Source: Promethearchaeota archaeon
Lineage (GTDB): Archaea; Asgardarchaeota; Lokiarchaeia; Sigyniarchaeales; SOKP01
Direction: 5' to 3'
Assembly (NCBI GenBank): GCA_019058365.1
Contig: JAHPZE010000004.1
Coordinates: forward strand, 64,001 to 128,000
DNA length: 64,000 nt
Under the pieces are notes generated by a model. It saw nothing but the letters and a program-made list of their open reading frames with translations, was not told where the DNA came from and did not search any database. Both the position numbers and the translations under genes were made by a program. Shown in pieces: positions 1 to 10,893 of this stretch (its first letter is position 1; each line of letters opens with the position of its first letter).

Positions 1-324
1 TTCAGCTTTCACTTTTCGAATTTCAACGGTATCATCAATTCTAGTTCCTGTATTTTTTTGAAGCCTAGAATCTACACGCACAATTCCTAATCCATTATCT
101 TGTGGATAACTTGGCCATGCAATTCCAGCACTTTCTTTCTTTCCATTAACAGATATAACATCACCAGTTTGAATTTTCAACTTTTCCATTGTTTTTGGAT
201 CAATTCTTATAATATTGCGCCCTATATCTCTTTTTTTAGCCTTCTGAACCCGTAAAGACACATTAGGTATATCTCCATCTTTTTCATCATCTTCCTCTTT
301 ACCATTATTGCCACTTGATGACAT
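1..324 (-). CDS. cdc48: CDC48/VCP AAA+ ATPase, N-terminal part (runs off the left window edge)
   Basis: Not in the ORF track; manual translation from ATG at 324 gives MSSSGNNG...LRVQKAKKRDIGRNIIRIDPKTMEKLKIQTGDVISV...GIVRVDSRLQKNTGTRIDDTVEIRKV, typical of the CDC48 N-domain. Confidence 0.85.
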   Translation of the reverse strand, partial: MSSSGNNGKEEDDEKDGDIPNVSLRVQKAKKRDIGRNIIRIDPKTMEKLKIQTGDVISVNGKKESAGIAWPSYPQDNGLGIVRVDSRLQKNTGTRIDDTVEIRKVKAE

Positions 325-423
325 GATATATCAACATTAATAAAGTTTTATTTAGATAATTTAAAGAAATCTTAATTTCGTAAAAATTTTTGTATTTATA
401 TTTTAAAATAAAAATTTAATTTC

Positions 424-1473
424 TCATTGAATAAAATCATCTAGGGAGGCTTGCACTTTAGCGTCATTTAATTTTCTTAGCCTATCAAGTGCATTCTCAA
501 CTCTTTGTTTTGAAAAATTATGTTGTTCAATAAGTAAATCTTCTAATTTTTCAAAATCGATCTTCTTTGGTTTTGGAATCTTATAATCTTTTTTTATATC
601 AGGATTCAGAAATATTTTTCTAATTTGAGTAACTAATTCCAGATCTAAAAAAATCTCTTTTCCTCCTATCATAACATTATTTTTCAGAATGTACTCTATC
701 GTATCGTATTTTTTAATCAAGTCTAATGCTGTTTTCTGACCAATACCTTTAATTCCCGGGAAGAAATCTGTACCAATCAAGATTCCCATATCAATCAATT
801 GTTCTCTAGTGATTCCAAGATTATTTAAGAATTTATTTAATGAGACATATTCTATATCTAAAGTAACTGTTGTATCTCTTACTTTTTTAGTTCGACTTAT
901 AGCAAAATTTCGAATTAATCGTTCCCCTCCAAATAATAAAGTATCATAATCTTGGGAAGCACATGCCCATGCATCATTATTTTCAACTAGATATGCAGAT
1001 TGAGCTTCTCCCTCAGAACTGGCTTGCACTATCGGAATTCCCATATACTCAATTAATTTTTTACTCTCTTCGATCATCTCAGAATCAAGTTTAGAAGTTA
1101 ATTGAGCAAATTTTTTAGCTTCTTTAAAATCCTCATCATCTTGTGCTTTAATCATTTTCTCCTTAGCTTCTTCTTTAATTTTTTTCCTCTCTCTTACAGT
1201 CTCTATTTTCAATTCAGAAGGAATACCATCAAAAACATAAATTGGTTTAATATTATGCTCTAAAAAGTTAATTGATCTATAAAAAAGTCCTGAAAGATGC
1301 GATGTTACACTTCCCTGAAAATCTTTTAAAGGAGTTCCATCTCTCTGACGTATTATAGCTAAAAATTGATAAATGGTATTAAATGCATCAATAGCTATAC
1401 TTTTTTTAAAGAGGTTTTCAAATGTAATTGTTCTTTTAACTTCATTTACTAATTCATTTATTTTTACGCCCAT
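424..1473 (-). CDS. fen: Flap endonuclease 1
   Basis: MGV start, IAIDAFNTIYQFL, TSHLSGLFYR, EGEAQ, SQDYD, GTDF and C-terminal PIP box QASLDDF. Confidence 0.97.
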   Translation of the reverse strand: MGVKINELVNEVKRTITFENLFKKSIAIDAFNTIYQFLAIIRQRDGTPLKDFQGSVTSHLSGLFYRSINFLEHNIKPIYVFDGIPSELKIETVRERKKIKEEAKEKMIKAQDDEDFKEAKKFAQLTSKLDSEMIEESKKLIEYMGIPIVQASSEGEAQSAYLVENNDAWACASQDYDTLLFGGERLIRNFAISRTKKVRDTTVTLDIEYVSLNKFLNNLGITREQLIDMGILIGTDFFPGIKGIGQKTALDLIKKYDTIEYILKNNVMIGGKEIFLDLELVTQIRKIFLNPDIKKDYKIPKPKKIDFEKLEDLLIEQHNFSKQRVENALDRLRKLNDAKVQASLDDFIQ

Positions 1474-1539
1474 ATTTAATTTATTCCCTATTTTCTACAT
1501 CTTCGATAAATATTTATAATACAATTTATATAATCTCTA

Positions 1540-2088
1540 CTAATATATTATATTACTTTTTGGACGCCTTTTCAATTTTGATCCACAAATTTCACATGTT
1601 TTATTTAAGTCTTCAGCTTCATGAATACTTTTGCAATGTGGACAAAATACTTCCCAGTTTATTTTAGATTCAATTCCATCTTTATATAAAGAAGAAAAAG
1701 GAATATTTAACTCAGAACATACATTTTCAATGGAATAATCATTAGAGTACATCTTCACATTTTTATTTGAGTTTTCCGTCAATTCTAAAGTCAATGCTAT
1801 TAATTCCTTATCTACATCTGATAAAGCTTTGAAATCTCCTGTTTTTTTTGATATTTCCCTTACCTTTTCAATGAATTTACTTTCAGGATTTTTTACCATT
1901 AATTTTTTAGTTTCAATTGCAGCATTTATCTTATTTAAAATATTTCTATTTTTTTCAATATATCTATGATCTTTTATTTCCTCAATTATAGAAGGAGTTG
2001 TATAAATCTCAAGGTCAATTAGATTAATATCAATTCCTGTAAGGAAAATATTAGTATCAAAAATATAAATTGAAGCTTTTTTTTTCAT
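1540..2088 (-). CDS. nob1: Nob1 family rRNA maturation endonuclease (PIN domain + Zn ribbon)
   Basis: IFDTNIFL, TGD..LS.VD, SNDYSIENV, CPHC...CEICG. Confidence 0.9.
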   Translation of the reverse strand: MKKKASIYIFDTNIFLTGIDINLIDLEIYTTPSIIEEIKDHRYIEKNRNILNKINAAIETKKLMVKNPESKFIEKVREISKKTGDFKALSDVDKELIALTLELTENSNKNVKMYSNDYSIENVCSELNIPFSSLYKDGIESKINWEVFCPHCKSIHEAEDLNKTCEICGSKLKRRPKSNIIY

Positions 2089-2148
2089 AGTACTTATCTT
2101 CAGTAATGAATCATGAAAAATAATCTTTATTCATATTATTTTATGAAG

Positions 2149-3048
2149 TTATTCTTCAGGAGAATCATCAATAGGGACTCTTCTTATAGTACCAATGATT
2201 TTCTTTCTCAAGCGAGTATAATAACTTCCTTTAAACCGAATAAATTTATTTTGAGAATTTGCTTTACGAATCCTAATCTTTGTATTAGGTGCAATTCTTT
2301 TAATGATTTGCTGTCCATCTATTACAATTTTAGCATCTAATCGAGGTCTTAAAAGTTGAATTTCAATTTCAGAATCAATAGGTACAATTAAAGGTTTTAA
2401 ACCAGATCTAGCAAAGCTGTTTAACGGAGTTATCTGCATAATTGTCATATTAGGATTTACTATTGCTCCACCTGCGCTTAAATTATAAGCAGTAGATCCT
2501 GTAGAGGTTGATATTATAACTCCGTCTAAATAACTACGATTCAGAAAAATATTATCAATTTTGATAGATATCTGTAAAACTTTTGAACTTTTAGAAGATA
2601 TTATTAAAACTTCATTTAAAGCATTACTCAACTTAATTTCTCCTGAATTTTTCGCAATATATGCCGTTATTTTGGAACAAACTTCTAAAGTGAATTGACC
2701 ATTTAAAACCTTGGATAAATCTTTGAAAATTATTCTTTCATTAGACTCATCTAAAAAACCTATAGAACCTACATTTACTCCCAGAATGGGAGGTGGATCT
2801 TTTTGAGATAATCCATTAGCAACTCTTAATATTGAGCCATCTCCACCAATAATTATTATGAATTTAATATTCTCTTCACTCATTTCACCAAGATCCATAC
2901 CATTATGCGGAAAAATTTTTGGCGCTATTCTTGTCTCTAAATATACAATTTCACCTTTTTGAACTAAGAAATCGAAAATTCTTCTTGATAATTTAATTGC
3001 TCTCTCGGAATCCAATCTACATGCTAATGCAATCGGTTTTTTTTCCAT
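2149..3048 (-). CDS. nadK: NAD kinase
   Basis: GGDGS, G.N.G.IGFL, ALNE, DGVIISTSTGSTAYNLSAGG. Confidence 0.95.
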   Translation of the reverse strand: MEKKPIALACRLDSERAIKLSRRIFDFLVQKGEIVYLETRIAPKIFPHNGMDLGEMSEENIKFIIIIGGDGSILRVANGLSQKDPPPILGVNVGSIGFLDESNERIIFKDLSKVLNGQFTLEVCSKITAYIAKNSGEIKLSNALNEVLIISSKSSKVLQISIKIDNIFLNRSYLDGVIISTSTGSTAYNLSAGGAIVNPNMTIMQITPLNSFARSGLKPLIVPIDSEIEIQLLRPRLDAKIVIDGQQIIKRIAPNTKIRIRKANSQNKFIRFKGSYYTRLRKKIIGTIRRVPIDDSPEE

Positions 3049-3124
3049 GACCCTCGGATTTTCTATTCAAATGCTCAAAAAAATTATGGATAATAAAAAT
3101 ATTAATTGGTTTTTTTTTATTTAA

Positions 3125-3553
3125 TTAGTTAGTGAATACCCTATTTATAAGTGTTTTACCTGCTAATTGCCAATACTCTACTTGAGTAGTTGATATTTTG
3201 CTAGGATTTGTTTGAAGCTCCTTTAATTTATTCTTTAGTTCTTCATCCTGAGGCCAATTAACATCAAATGATTCATAAGACTCTAAATTCATAATATTAA
3301 TTGAGAGATCCTCTATAAAATTAATTTGAGCATTTCCTTTAATAATTTCTGGAACTTCGACCATGTGGCCACTTGGGATGGTGAAAGATCGTTTATTATT
3401 ATCAAACATACCAACACACACAACTCTAACTTTAGCATGACCATGTTTCCCGCTTTTTGATCGCTCTATTCCTTTGATCAAACAAGGTTCTTGATCAGAC
3501 ATAATGTACTGCCCTGTTTTTAATTTTTGTATCTCTGTTCTTCTAATAGACAA
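3125..3553 (-). CDS. eif5a: Translation factor eIF5A (aIF5A)
   Basis: Hypusine motif SKSGKHGHAK; TTG start. Confidence 0.95.
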   Translation of the reverse strand: MSIRRTEIQKLKTGQYIMSDQEPCLIKGIERSKSGKHGHAKVRVVCVGMFDNNKRSFTIPSGHMVEVPEIIKGNAQINFIEDLSINIMNLESYESFDVNWPQDEELKNKLKELQTNPSKISTTQVEYWQLAGKTLINRVFTN

Positions 3554-3705
3554 CTATTTTTACACCTTTCTTTAATTATTTTTATCCAAAATATTTTTAA
3601 TTTTGACATTTCTTTTAATTTATAATATAATATATTTTTTCAAAAAAAAATATTAGTTTTTAAGAATAAATTCAAGTACAAAAAAAAAATTAAAATAGAG
3701 ATTTA

Positions 3706-5079
3706 ATGGTATTAGAGAAATTAGGAAGATCCCTAGACACTGCCATCAGAAAGATAAGACGACTTCCATCAATAGATAAAGATGCAATTAATGCCCTTAT
3801 CCAGGAATTACAGAGAGCCTTGCTAAGTGCTGATGTAAAAGTAGAGTTAGTATTTGAAATGACTGAAAATATCAGAAAAGAGGCCATGAACACCAAACTC
3901 CAGAAGGCAAGACGGAGGGATTTCGTGATTAAATTAGTACATGATGAACTTATTAAACTTTTAGGTGGAAAGCCCGCTCCAATACGAATAAAACCTGGAA
4001 AAAAGAATGTGATATTGCTTGTTGGTATCCAAGGTTCAGGAAAAACCACTACCATAGCCAAATTAGCAAAATTTTATAAAAGTAAAGGTTATAAGGTTGG
4101 AGCATTAACAACGGATACTTGGCGCCCAGGAGCTTATGAACAATTAGTACAATTGTCAGATCAGGTGGGCATAAAATGTTACGGAAACCCAAATGAAAAA
4201 AATGCTATTAAAGTTGCTATTCAAGAGACAAAAAGAGCAATGAATGATGGAAATGATATAATAATCGCAGATACTGCTGGTAGACATAAAGAAGAAAAAG
4301 AATTGATGAAAGAAATGGCAATTCTTGAACAAAAGTTAAAACCAAATGAGATAATTTTAGTGATTGATGGTACTCTGGGTCAACAAGCATTTAACCAAGC
4401 CAAGGCATTTGCACAAACAACTAATTTGGGATCAATTATAGTCACAAAATTAGATGGGACCGCTAAAGGGGGTGGAGCTTTGTCAGCGTGCACCGCATCA
4501 AATGTGGGTATTCGTTTCATTGGAGTAGGTGAAAAAATCGATGATTTTGAAGAATTTGATCCATCTAAATTTGTAGGAACTTTACTTGGTATTCCAGATA
4601 TCGAATCTTTAGTTCAAAAAGTACAAGAAGCTGAAGTAGATATTGAACCAGAAATGGTTAAAAGAATGGTTCACGGAAAATTTACTCTTGATGATTTATA
4701 CCTACAATTAAAAAGTATAAAGAAAGTTGGTAAATTTAAACAAATATTGGCCATGATGGGTGGTGGAAATATTCCAGATGCTTTGAAGGAAGATGCCGAA
4801 GCAAACCTTGCAAAATGGGAAGTTGTTCTTAATTCTATGACACAAGAAGAAAAAGAGAACCCAAAAGTCATTAAAAAAACTAGAAAAAGACGAATTGCCA
4901 TAGGGAGTGGTACTAATTACTCAATAATTAATAAAATGTTGGATCAATTTTCACAGATGAAAAAATTCATGAAAAAATTTCTTCAAATGCAAAAAAAAGG
5001 GAAAGGGATGCCCGGGATGCCTGGTTTTCCAGGTGGAAAAGCTGCAACTGATTTTATGAAGAAATTAGGTAAATTTTAA
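3706..5079 (+). CDS. srp54: Signal recognition particle protein SRP54
   Basis: GIQGSGKTT, DTAGR, TKLDGTAKGGG, Met-rich M domain with RIAIGSG. Confidence 0.97.
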   Translation: MVLEKLGRSLDTAIRKIRRLPSIDKDAINALIQELQRALLSADVKVELVFEMTENIRKEAMNTKLQKARRRDFVIKLVHDELIKLLGGKPAPIRIKPGKKNVILLVGIQGSGKTTTIAKLAKFYKSKGYKVGALTTDTWRPGAYEQLVQLSDQVGIKCYGNPNEKNAIKVAIQETKRAMNDGNDIIIADTAGRHKEEKELMKEMAILEQKLKPNEIILVIDGTLGQQAFNQAKAFAQTTNLGSIIVTKLDGTAKGGGALSACTASNVGIRFIGVGEKIDDFEEFDPSKFVGTLLGIPDIESLVQKVQEAEVDIEPEMVKRMVHGKFTLDDLYLQLKSIKKVGKFKQILAMMGGGNIPDALKEDAEANLAKWEVVLNSMTQEEKENPKVIKKTRKRRIAIGSGTNYSIINKMLDQFSQMKKFMKKFLQMQKKGKGMPGMPGFPGGKAATDFMKKLGKF

Positions 5080-5101
5080 AATTTGATAATAACCCTCATA
5101 T

Positions 5102-5770
5102 TTGATTAATTTGGTTAATTTCTTATTACTAATAGAAAGTATTTCAGACTATTCTAAAAAAGATATTGATATAGGAAGAACCCCACTTGATATATATAGA
5201 CTCAGTTCTTGTATAAGAGAAACATTCTGTTTATCATATAATCTTAGAAAAGAGAATAATCTCTTTTTATACATCCAAAAAAACCATCATCTAATTGAAT
5301 TTAAAGGAAAAAAATTAAAATATTTAGGTCCAGATGAAAGATCTGAAACATTACTTTTAGAGAAAGTGTTAGGCAAAATAAAACAATCTATTATTTATGA
5401 GGATGGGTGGAGAAAATCAACTCCAGGAATTTTTATAAGATGTTTTTCTGATACTATTTCGTTCATTAATTATTATGGATTAATTGCAAACCATCTGAGC
5501 TTTCTTATCATAGATACTATATATGAGGTTAATAAAAAAGTAGAATTTTTCAAATTAAATCAAGATCCCATAGAAATTAAGGATAACGACTTCTTTATAA
5601 TTCCAACTTATACTCTGCAATGTGAGAGCTCCAGCTTTATTGAAATATTCAAAGAACTGAAAAACACAAAACTTATCTCTCTTTCAAAAATTAAATGTGT
5701 AGAAAATAAAATTTTATATATTAATTTTATAAAAGATCAACAAAGAACTCATAAAAACCTAGTTAAATGA
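5102..5770 (+). CDS. TrmY-like (tRNA pseudouridine-54 N1-methyltransferase family) protein, divergent
   Basis: FCLSYNLRK and LKYLGPDERS resemble TrmY N-terminal motifs; C-terminal SPOUT LGDH motif not seen. Confidence 0.55.
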   Translation: MINLVNFLLLIESISDYSKKDIDIGRTPLDIYRLSSCIRETFCLSYNLRKENNLFLYIQKNHHLIEFKGKKLKYLGPDERSETLLLEKVLGKIKQSIIYEDGWRKSTPGIFIRCFSDTISFINYYGLIANHLSFLIIDTIYEVNKKVEFFKLNQDPIEIKDNDFFIIPTYTLQCESSSFIEIFKELKNTKLISLSKIKCVENKILYINFIKDQQRTHKNLVK

Positions 5771-7161
5771 TATTAAAAAATGCTAAGATTTATAATGACG
5801 GTTTGATACATAAGGGAGTTATATATATCAATAACGGAGTAATTAAAAATGTAATATTTGAGCCAAAAGGCCAAGAATTTAAGAAATTAGTCAAAAAGAA
5901 TCAAGATGGTAAAGAAATTGATTGCCAAAATAAATTAATTCTACCAGGAATAATTGATATTCATTCCCATTTACGAGATTTAGGTCAGAGCGAAAAAGAA
6001 ACATTTTTAACTGGAACTAAAGCGGCGGCATTCTCTGGAATAACAACTGTTTTCAATATGCCGAATACAAAACCTCCTGCTATTTCTTCAGAACAAATTA
6101 AGATTTGGATGAAAAAAGCAGAGAACAATATTTATGTGGATGTAGGATTTATAGCTGGAATCCCAAAAGGAATAGATGAAGATGAGATAAAACGTATCAT
6201 TAATTTAGGAGTTATAGGATTTAAGATTTATTCTCTTACTTCTCTTAATGAAATTGATTGGAAAGATTCAAATAACATTCAAATTATTCTTGATATCTCA
6301 TCTAGATACCAAATTCCCTTTTTTATACATGCATCTTATCCTTTATCTGAGGCTGAAAAAGAGCTTATCACACAAGAATATAATATAAGTAATCAAAGTA
6401 TTTTAAGATACCATAATAGCTTGGATCCAGTTAAAGCAGAAGAGAAATATGTTAAATTTGTTATTGAAAATTATAAAAAATACATTAATGTTAATTATTT
6501 AAATCCTAAAAATTATCCAATAATTCACTTTTGTCATATAAGTTGTATTGAAAGTTATCTAATAATTAAGAAAGCACAGAATTCAAATAAAGATTTAAAA
6601 ATAACTTTTGAGGTTACGCCGCATCATCTACTTTTGTCTAATAAGATCACGTTAGTCAATGAGAATTTTGGAAAAGTCCTACCTCCCTTAAGAGAAGAGA
6701 AACATTCTAAATTTTTATTTAATGAACTAAAAAAAGGGGCAATAAAATTAATAGGAACAGATCATGCTCCACACACATTAGAAGAAAAATCTGAAAATTA
6801 TTTTAATGCACCTTCTGGATTCCCAGGGTTTGAAACATATCCCTTATTAATTATCAATAAGATATTTAATTATCAACTTTCTTTAGAGAAATTTGTTAAA
6901 GCAGCTTCAGAAAATCCAGCAAAAATCTTCAATTTAAACAATAAAGGTTTTATTAAAGAAGGATATTGTGCTGATTTATTAATTGTTGATAAAATTCCAG
7001 AATACACGATTAATTCTCAACATTTTAAAACCAAAGCAAAATTTTCGCCATATGAGAACTTTATTACAAATGTTCAAATTTGGAAAGTCTTTTTACGGGG
7101 GATAGAAATCAATATTGAAAATAATATTCCAAGTGGAAAAATTATTAAACGTATGCTATAA
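5767..7161 (+). CDS. pyrC: Dihydroorotase (amidohydrolase superfamily)
   Basis: PGIIDIHSHLRD, MPNTKP, FCHIS, EVTPHHL, PPLR, GTDHAPH. Confidence 0.85.
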   Translation: MILKNAKIYNDGLIHKGVIYINNGVIKNVIFEPKGQEFKKLVKKNQDGKEIDCQNKLILPGIIDIHSHLRDLGQSEKETFLTGTKAAAFSGITTVFNMPNTKPPAISSEQIKIWMKKAENNIYVDVGFIAGIPKGIDEDEIKRIINLGVIGFKIYSLTSLNEIDWKDSNNIQIILDISSRYQIPFFIHASYPLSEAEKELITQEYNISNQSILRYHNSLDPVKAEEKYVKFVIENYKKYINVNYLNPKNYPIIHFCHISCIESYLIIKKAQNSNKDLKITFEVTPHHLLLSNKITLVNENFGKVLPPLREEKHSKFLFNELKKGAIKLIGTDHAPHTLEEKSENYFNAPSGFPGFETYPLLIINKIFNYQLSLEKFVKAASENPAKIFNLNNKGFIKEGYCADLLIVDKIPEYTINSQHFKTKAKFSPYENFITNVQIWKVFLRGIEINIENNIPSGKIIKRML

Positions 7162-7220
7162 AATATATATGTCTGAACTGTATAATTATACTTAAATTAA
7201 ATGATTATGGAAACACTAAA

Positions 7221-7853
7221 ATGCTGGATAATGATGAATTTAGCCAAGAAGATGGTAAAATGTTAATACAATTTGCTAGAGATAACATTGAATTTTTTTT
7301 AAAAAATAATAGAAAGATTCCCATTCCAGATGTAATAAAAGAGAAATTTTCTGATAAATATGGTGCATTTGTGACATTAAATAAATATAACGTAATTGGT
7401 AATCCTCTAAGAGGATGTATCGGTTATATTGAACCTACTTATTCTTTATATGATGTAATCCACCGTGTGTCAATAAGTTCAGCAATTGAAGATCCAAGAT
7501 TTCCTTCTGTATCTCTGGATGAGATGGATGAAATAGTAATTGAATTATCAATTTTAACTCCGCCAAAATTGCTTAAAGTAAATGATCCAAAAGAATACAT
7601 CGATAAAATTGTTATTGGAAGAGATGGGCTTATTGTAGAGAAAGGGATGAGAAGAGGTCTACTTCTTCCTCAAGTTCCTATTGATCATGGAAGAAATTGG
7701 GATGTTGAAACTTTTATTTCTCAAACATGTTCAAAAGCTTGGCTTGAAAGTAATGCATGGAAAAATAAAAGCACTAATATATACTCTTTTCAAGCTATTC
7801 TTTTTGAGGAGAAAGAACCACGTGGTGAAGTAATAAGAAAATATCTTAACTAG
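7221..7853 (+). CDS. AMMECR1 family protein
   Basis: GAFVTL, LRGCIG, EDPRF, GLLLPQV. Confidence 0.92.
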   Translation: MLDNDEFSQEDGKMLIQFARDNIEFFLKNNRKIPIPDVIKEKFSDKYGAFVTLNKYNVIGNPLRGCIGYIEPTYSLYDVIHRVSISSAIEDPRFPSVSLDEMDEIVIELSILTPPKLLKVNDPKEYIDKIVIGRDGLIVEKGMRRGLLLPQVPIDHGRNWDVETFISQTCSKAWLESNAWKNKSTNIYSFQAILFEEKEPRGEVIRKYLN

Positions 7854-7928
7854 TATACTATTTTTACTTAAATATCATACATATCTTTTTTATGAAAAAT
7901 GAAGCTTAAAAATGTTATATTGAGATAA

Positions 7929-9440
7929 ATGCTTATGAAAAATTCAGATAAAATAATTTCAGTTGATATTTCTTCTAAGAAAGTTAAGATTGGTATAATT
8001 TCTGATAAATTGGAGTTAGAAACTGTTTCAGTTCAAGAATATGAGACCATCGATGAGGATATTAATGGTTTTGCTAAGAGATTTGATATGAAGGATATTT
8101 GGAATAAAGTTAAATTAGGTATAAAAAATGTTATAAAAGAAAATAAACCTAAAAAAATAATTGGTATATCTTCATGTGGACAAAGGATGGCTACAGTTTT
8201 TTTAGATAAAAAAGGAAATGAGATTTATGGAGGTCCTAACACTGACATGAGAGGTATTGATTCGGCCTATCTCATCGAAGATGAATTCTCAGAGGAAGAA
8301 TTATTCAGCATAACGGCACATAGTCCATTCTTTATGTTCACCCTAGCTCGCTTGTTATGGTTTAAAGAAGAGAAAGGAGTAGAATATGAAAAAATTAGCA
8401 AAATTTTAATGTTAGATGATTGGATTGCCTATAAACTTACTGGAGAGTTTTACACAGATTATACTTCTCTCGGAGAATCTCTCCTTTTTGATATTACTAA
8501 AAAAAGATGGAGTTCGGAAATTATTGAAGCCTTTGACATAAATCCTGGAATACTTCCAGAAATTGTTGAATCCAGCACAGTTATTGGAGACATAAAATTA
8601 GACTTAATAAAGGAATTCGGCATAAATCAAAAAATACTCCCTGTTATAAAAGGATGTGGAGATACGCAGGCTAATTTATTAGGTATGGGCGTAATTGAGG
8701 ATGGAAATATCGGAATTAGCCTAGGGACAACCGCGCCAATACATTTAGTTATTGATAAACCAATCATTGATCCCAACTTAAATTTTTGGACAAACTGCCA
8801 TATAATAAAAGATAAATGGTTGATTGAAGCTAGTACTGGAGGTACGGGTAGGGTGTATGATTGGTTCAAAAATGCGTTTATTTCAGATTCTAAGAGAGAC
8901 GCAAATGAAATTATGGATGAATTTTTAAGTAAAATTAAACCTGGAGCAGGTTCTACTTATGCATTTCTGGGGCCAGAGCTCATGGCAATTAAAAATCAAA
9001 CATCGATCAAGCGAGGGGTATTTATTTTTCCGCCACCTAGCATGATTGGTGAGGAATTGCCAAAATTAGAAAACTTTGCTCAAAGTGCTATTGAAGGTAT
9101 TTGTTTTGGGATTCTTGAAAATTTTCAAGCTTTACTTCAATTTGCCCAATCAGAAATAAAAACATTTTGTTCTGGGGGAATGGCTAAATCTTATGAATTT
9201 TGTAAGATCCTAGTAAATATTCTCAATCAAGAGATTTATGTTCCTAAATTTAAAGATTCTGCGTTTCTTGGTTGTGCAATAAATACCTTAATTGGTTTAA
9301 AATTATATCAAGATTATAGCACTATTGTTAATAATTTGATAAAACTCGAAAAATTCTCAGTTGAAACGCAGATATCAATTAAATATAAAAATATCTTCAA
9401 GGAATGGAAGAATTTAAAGAGACAGATGTCCAAATTATAG
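7929..9440 (+). CDS. FGGY-family carbohydrate kinase (xylulokinase/LsrK-like)
   Basis: GQR...VFLD, LARLLWF, DWIAYKLTG, GDTQ, SLGT, SGGMAKS. Confidence 0.88.
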   Translation: MLMKNSDKIISVDISSKKVKIGIISDKLELETVSVQEYETIDEDINGFAKRFDMKDIWNKVKLGIKNVIKENKPKKIIGISSCGQRMATVFLDKKGNEIYGGPNTDMRGIDSAYLIEDEFSEEELFSITAHSPFFMFTLARLLWFKEEKGVEYEKISKILMLDDWIAYKLTGEFYTDYTSLGESLLFDITKKRWSSEIIEAFDINPGILPEIVESSTVIGDIKLDLIKEFGINQKILPVIKGCGDTQANLLGMGVIEDGNIGISLGTTAPIHLVIDKPIIDPNLNFWTNCHIIKDKWLIEASTGGTGRVYDWFKNAFISDSKRDANEIMDEFLSKIKPGAGSTYAFLGPELMAIKNQTSIKRGVFIFPPPSMIGEELPKLENFAQSAIEGICFGILENFQALLQFAQSEIKTFCSGGMAKSYEFCKILVNILNQEIYVPKFKDSAFLGCAINTLIGLKLYQDYSTIVNNLIKLEKFSVETQISIKYKNIFKEWKNLKRQMSKL

Positions 9441-9457
9441 ATATCTAACCTAAAATC

Positions 9458-10246
9458 TTATGAAATTCTCTTCTTTATAACTGATTCAATATTTACACCT
9501 TCTTTCCAATACCAATCAAATAAATCTATAGACCATTTTATAAAGACCTCATTATCATCATATAAACATTCACTATAATCAATTTTTCCTTCTCTACTTA
9601 AAAATAGTACCGCACTTTTATCAGAAACTAAAAGGCAGAAAAAAATTTTTTTTAACATACGAATATTCTGTGAAATGTTTATCTTTTGATAAAATGCATG
9701 GTGATCTTCCAGTTTTTCATATCCTTTTGATTCTAATACATTTTTATCAACTAGAGCTTTTATCTTAATGGACATATTATTAATTTTCCGTTCAACTGCG
9801 GGTAGTATTGAATCCTGAAATTGATCTGAGATTGCATAAATAAAATTTTCTGATTCTTTAATCATTTCCGACCATAACTCTATATTATGCATTGTCCCAA
9901 ATTTAATCTTTATTGTTTTTAATTTTCCTAACTGTAGGATTAAATTTAGGGGGAAATTGTTAATATCGTGATTATTAAAAAAAGTCTCATATTTTAAAGA
10001 TATTTCAAAAAGTTCTAATATATCTAAGAATATTTTACCAATGTTAGTAATAGTATATCTATTATCCATCGTCTTTTTAACTAGGTTTTTTTCAATAAGT
10101 CTTTTTAAGTGCCGAGAAATTTCTGATCCTCTAATATTTAAATCTTTTTCTAATTGGTTGTGCTTTTTTTTTCCCATATATAAACTCTTGAAAACCGCAA
10201 ATCGACCTTCATTTGAAAATTCAAAAAATAAATCATTAATTCTCAA
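9458..10246 (-). CDS. Winged-helix transcriptional regulator (ArsR-like HTH + DUF1724-like C-domain)
   Basis: SEISRHLKRL...YTITNIG; W..DLFDWYW tail typical of the archaeal HTH-DUF1724 family. Confidence 0.75.
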   Translation of the reverse strand: MRINDLFFEFSNEGRFAVFKSLYMGKKKHNQLEKDLNIRGSEISRHLKRLIEKNLVKKTMDNRYTITNIGKIFLDILELFEISLKYETFFNNHDINNFPLNLILQLGKLKTIKIKFGTMHNIELWSEMIKESENFIYAISDQFQDSILPAVERKINNMSIKIKALVDKNVLESKGYEKLEDHHAFYQKINISQNIRMLKKIFFCLLVSDKSAVLFLSREGKIDYSECLYDDNEVFIKWSIDLFDWYWKEGVNIESVIKKRIS

Positions 10247-10463
10247 GATAAAACAGAAGATTTTCTAATTTTAAAACTATTATTCAAATGCTTTAATACT
10301 ATATGAATTTAGATCAATTAAAAATTGTTTTTATCTTTCAAAATTTTTTTTATTTGATACAAATGGATTTAAAGGTTTTATATGGATAATTTATTACATT
10401 TTATAATCTTTTTATAAATACTAAAATAGCAATTAATTTTATTCTAATATAATTAATTAAAAC

Positions 10464-10823
10464 GTGAAAAAGATGGCAGAGTTCAAGAAAATTGAAGAAT
10501 GTTTGGAAGAAATAAAGAATAGATATAATAATAATGAAAAAGTTAGAAATAAATTAGCTAAATTTAAAGATTCTATCCAAATAAAATTCTCTGATACTGA
10601 CAGAAAAGTATTACTCTTGATTAATAAAGATGAGGGAATTGAAATAAAAGATAAGAGTGGGGATGATACAGCATCAGTAAAAATTGAATTTTCAGAAGAA
10701 CAAGCAATAATAGATTTATTTAACAAAGAATTAGGTGCTGTTAAAGCATATTCTGATGGGAAAATAAAAATAGTAGAAGGAAATATAAGAAATTTGATGA
10801 AACTTCGAAGTTTAATGTTTTAA
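10464..10823 (+). CDS. SCP2 sterol/lipid carrier domain protein
   Basis: LF..ELGAVKAYSDGKIKIVEGN..LMKL, the SCP2 C-terminal signature. Confidence 0.75.
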   Translation: MKKMAEFKKIEECLEEIKNRYNNNEKVRNKLAKFKDSIQIKFSDTDRKVLLLINKDEGIEIKDKSGDDTASVKIEFSEEQAIIDLFNKELGAVKAYSDGKIKIVEGNIRNLMKLRSLMF

Positions 10824-10893
10824 CTAAGGTTTTTTTATTTAATATTTATTTTTAATATATTGCAAATAAATGTAAATTTATTTATAGAAAAAA

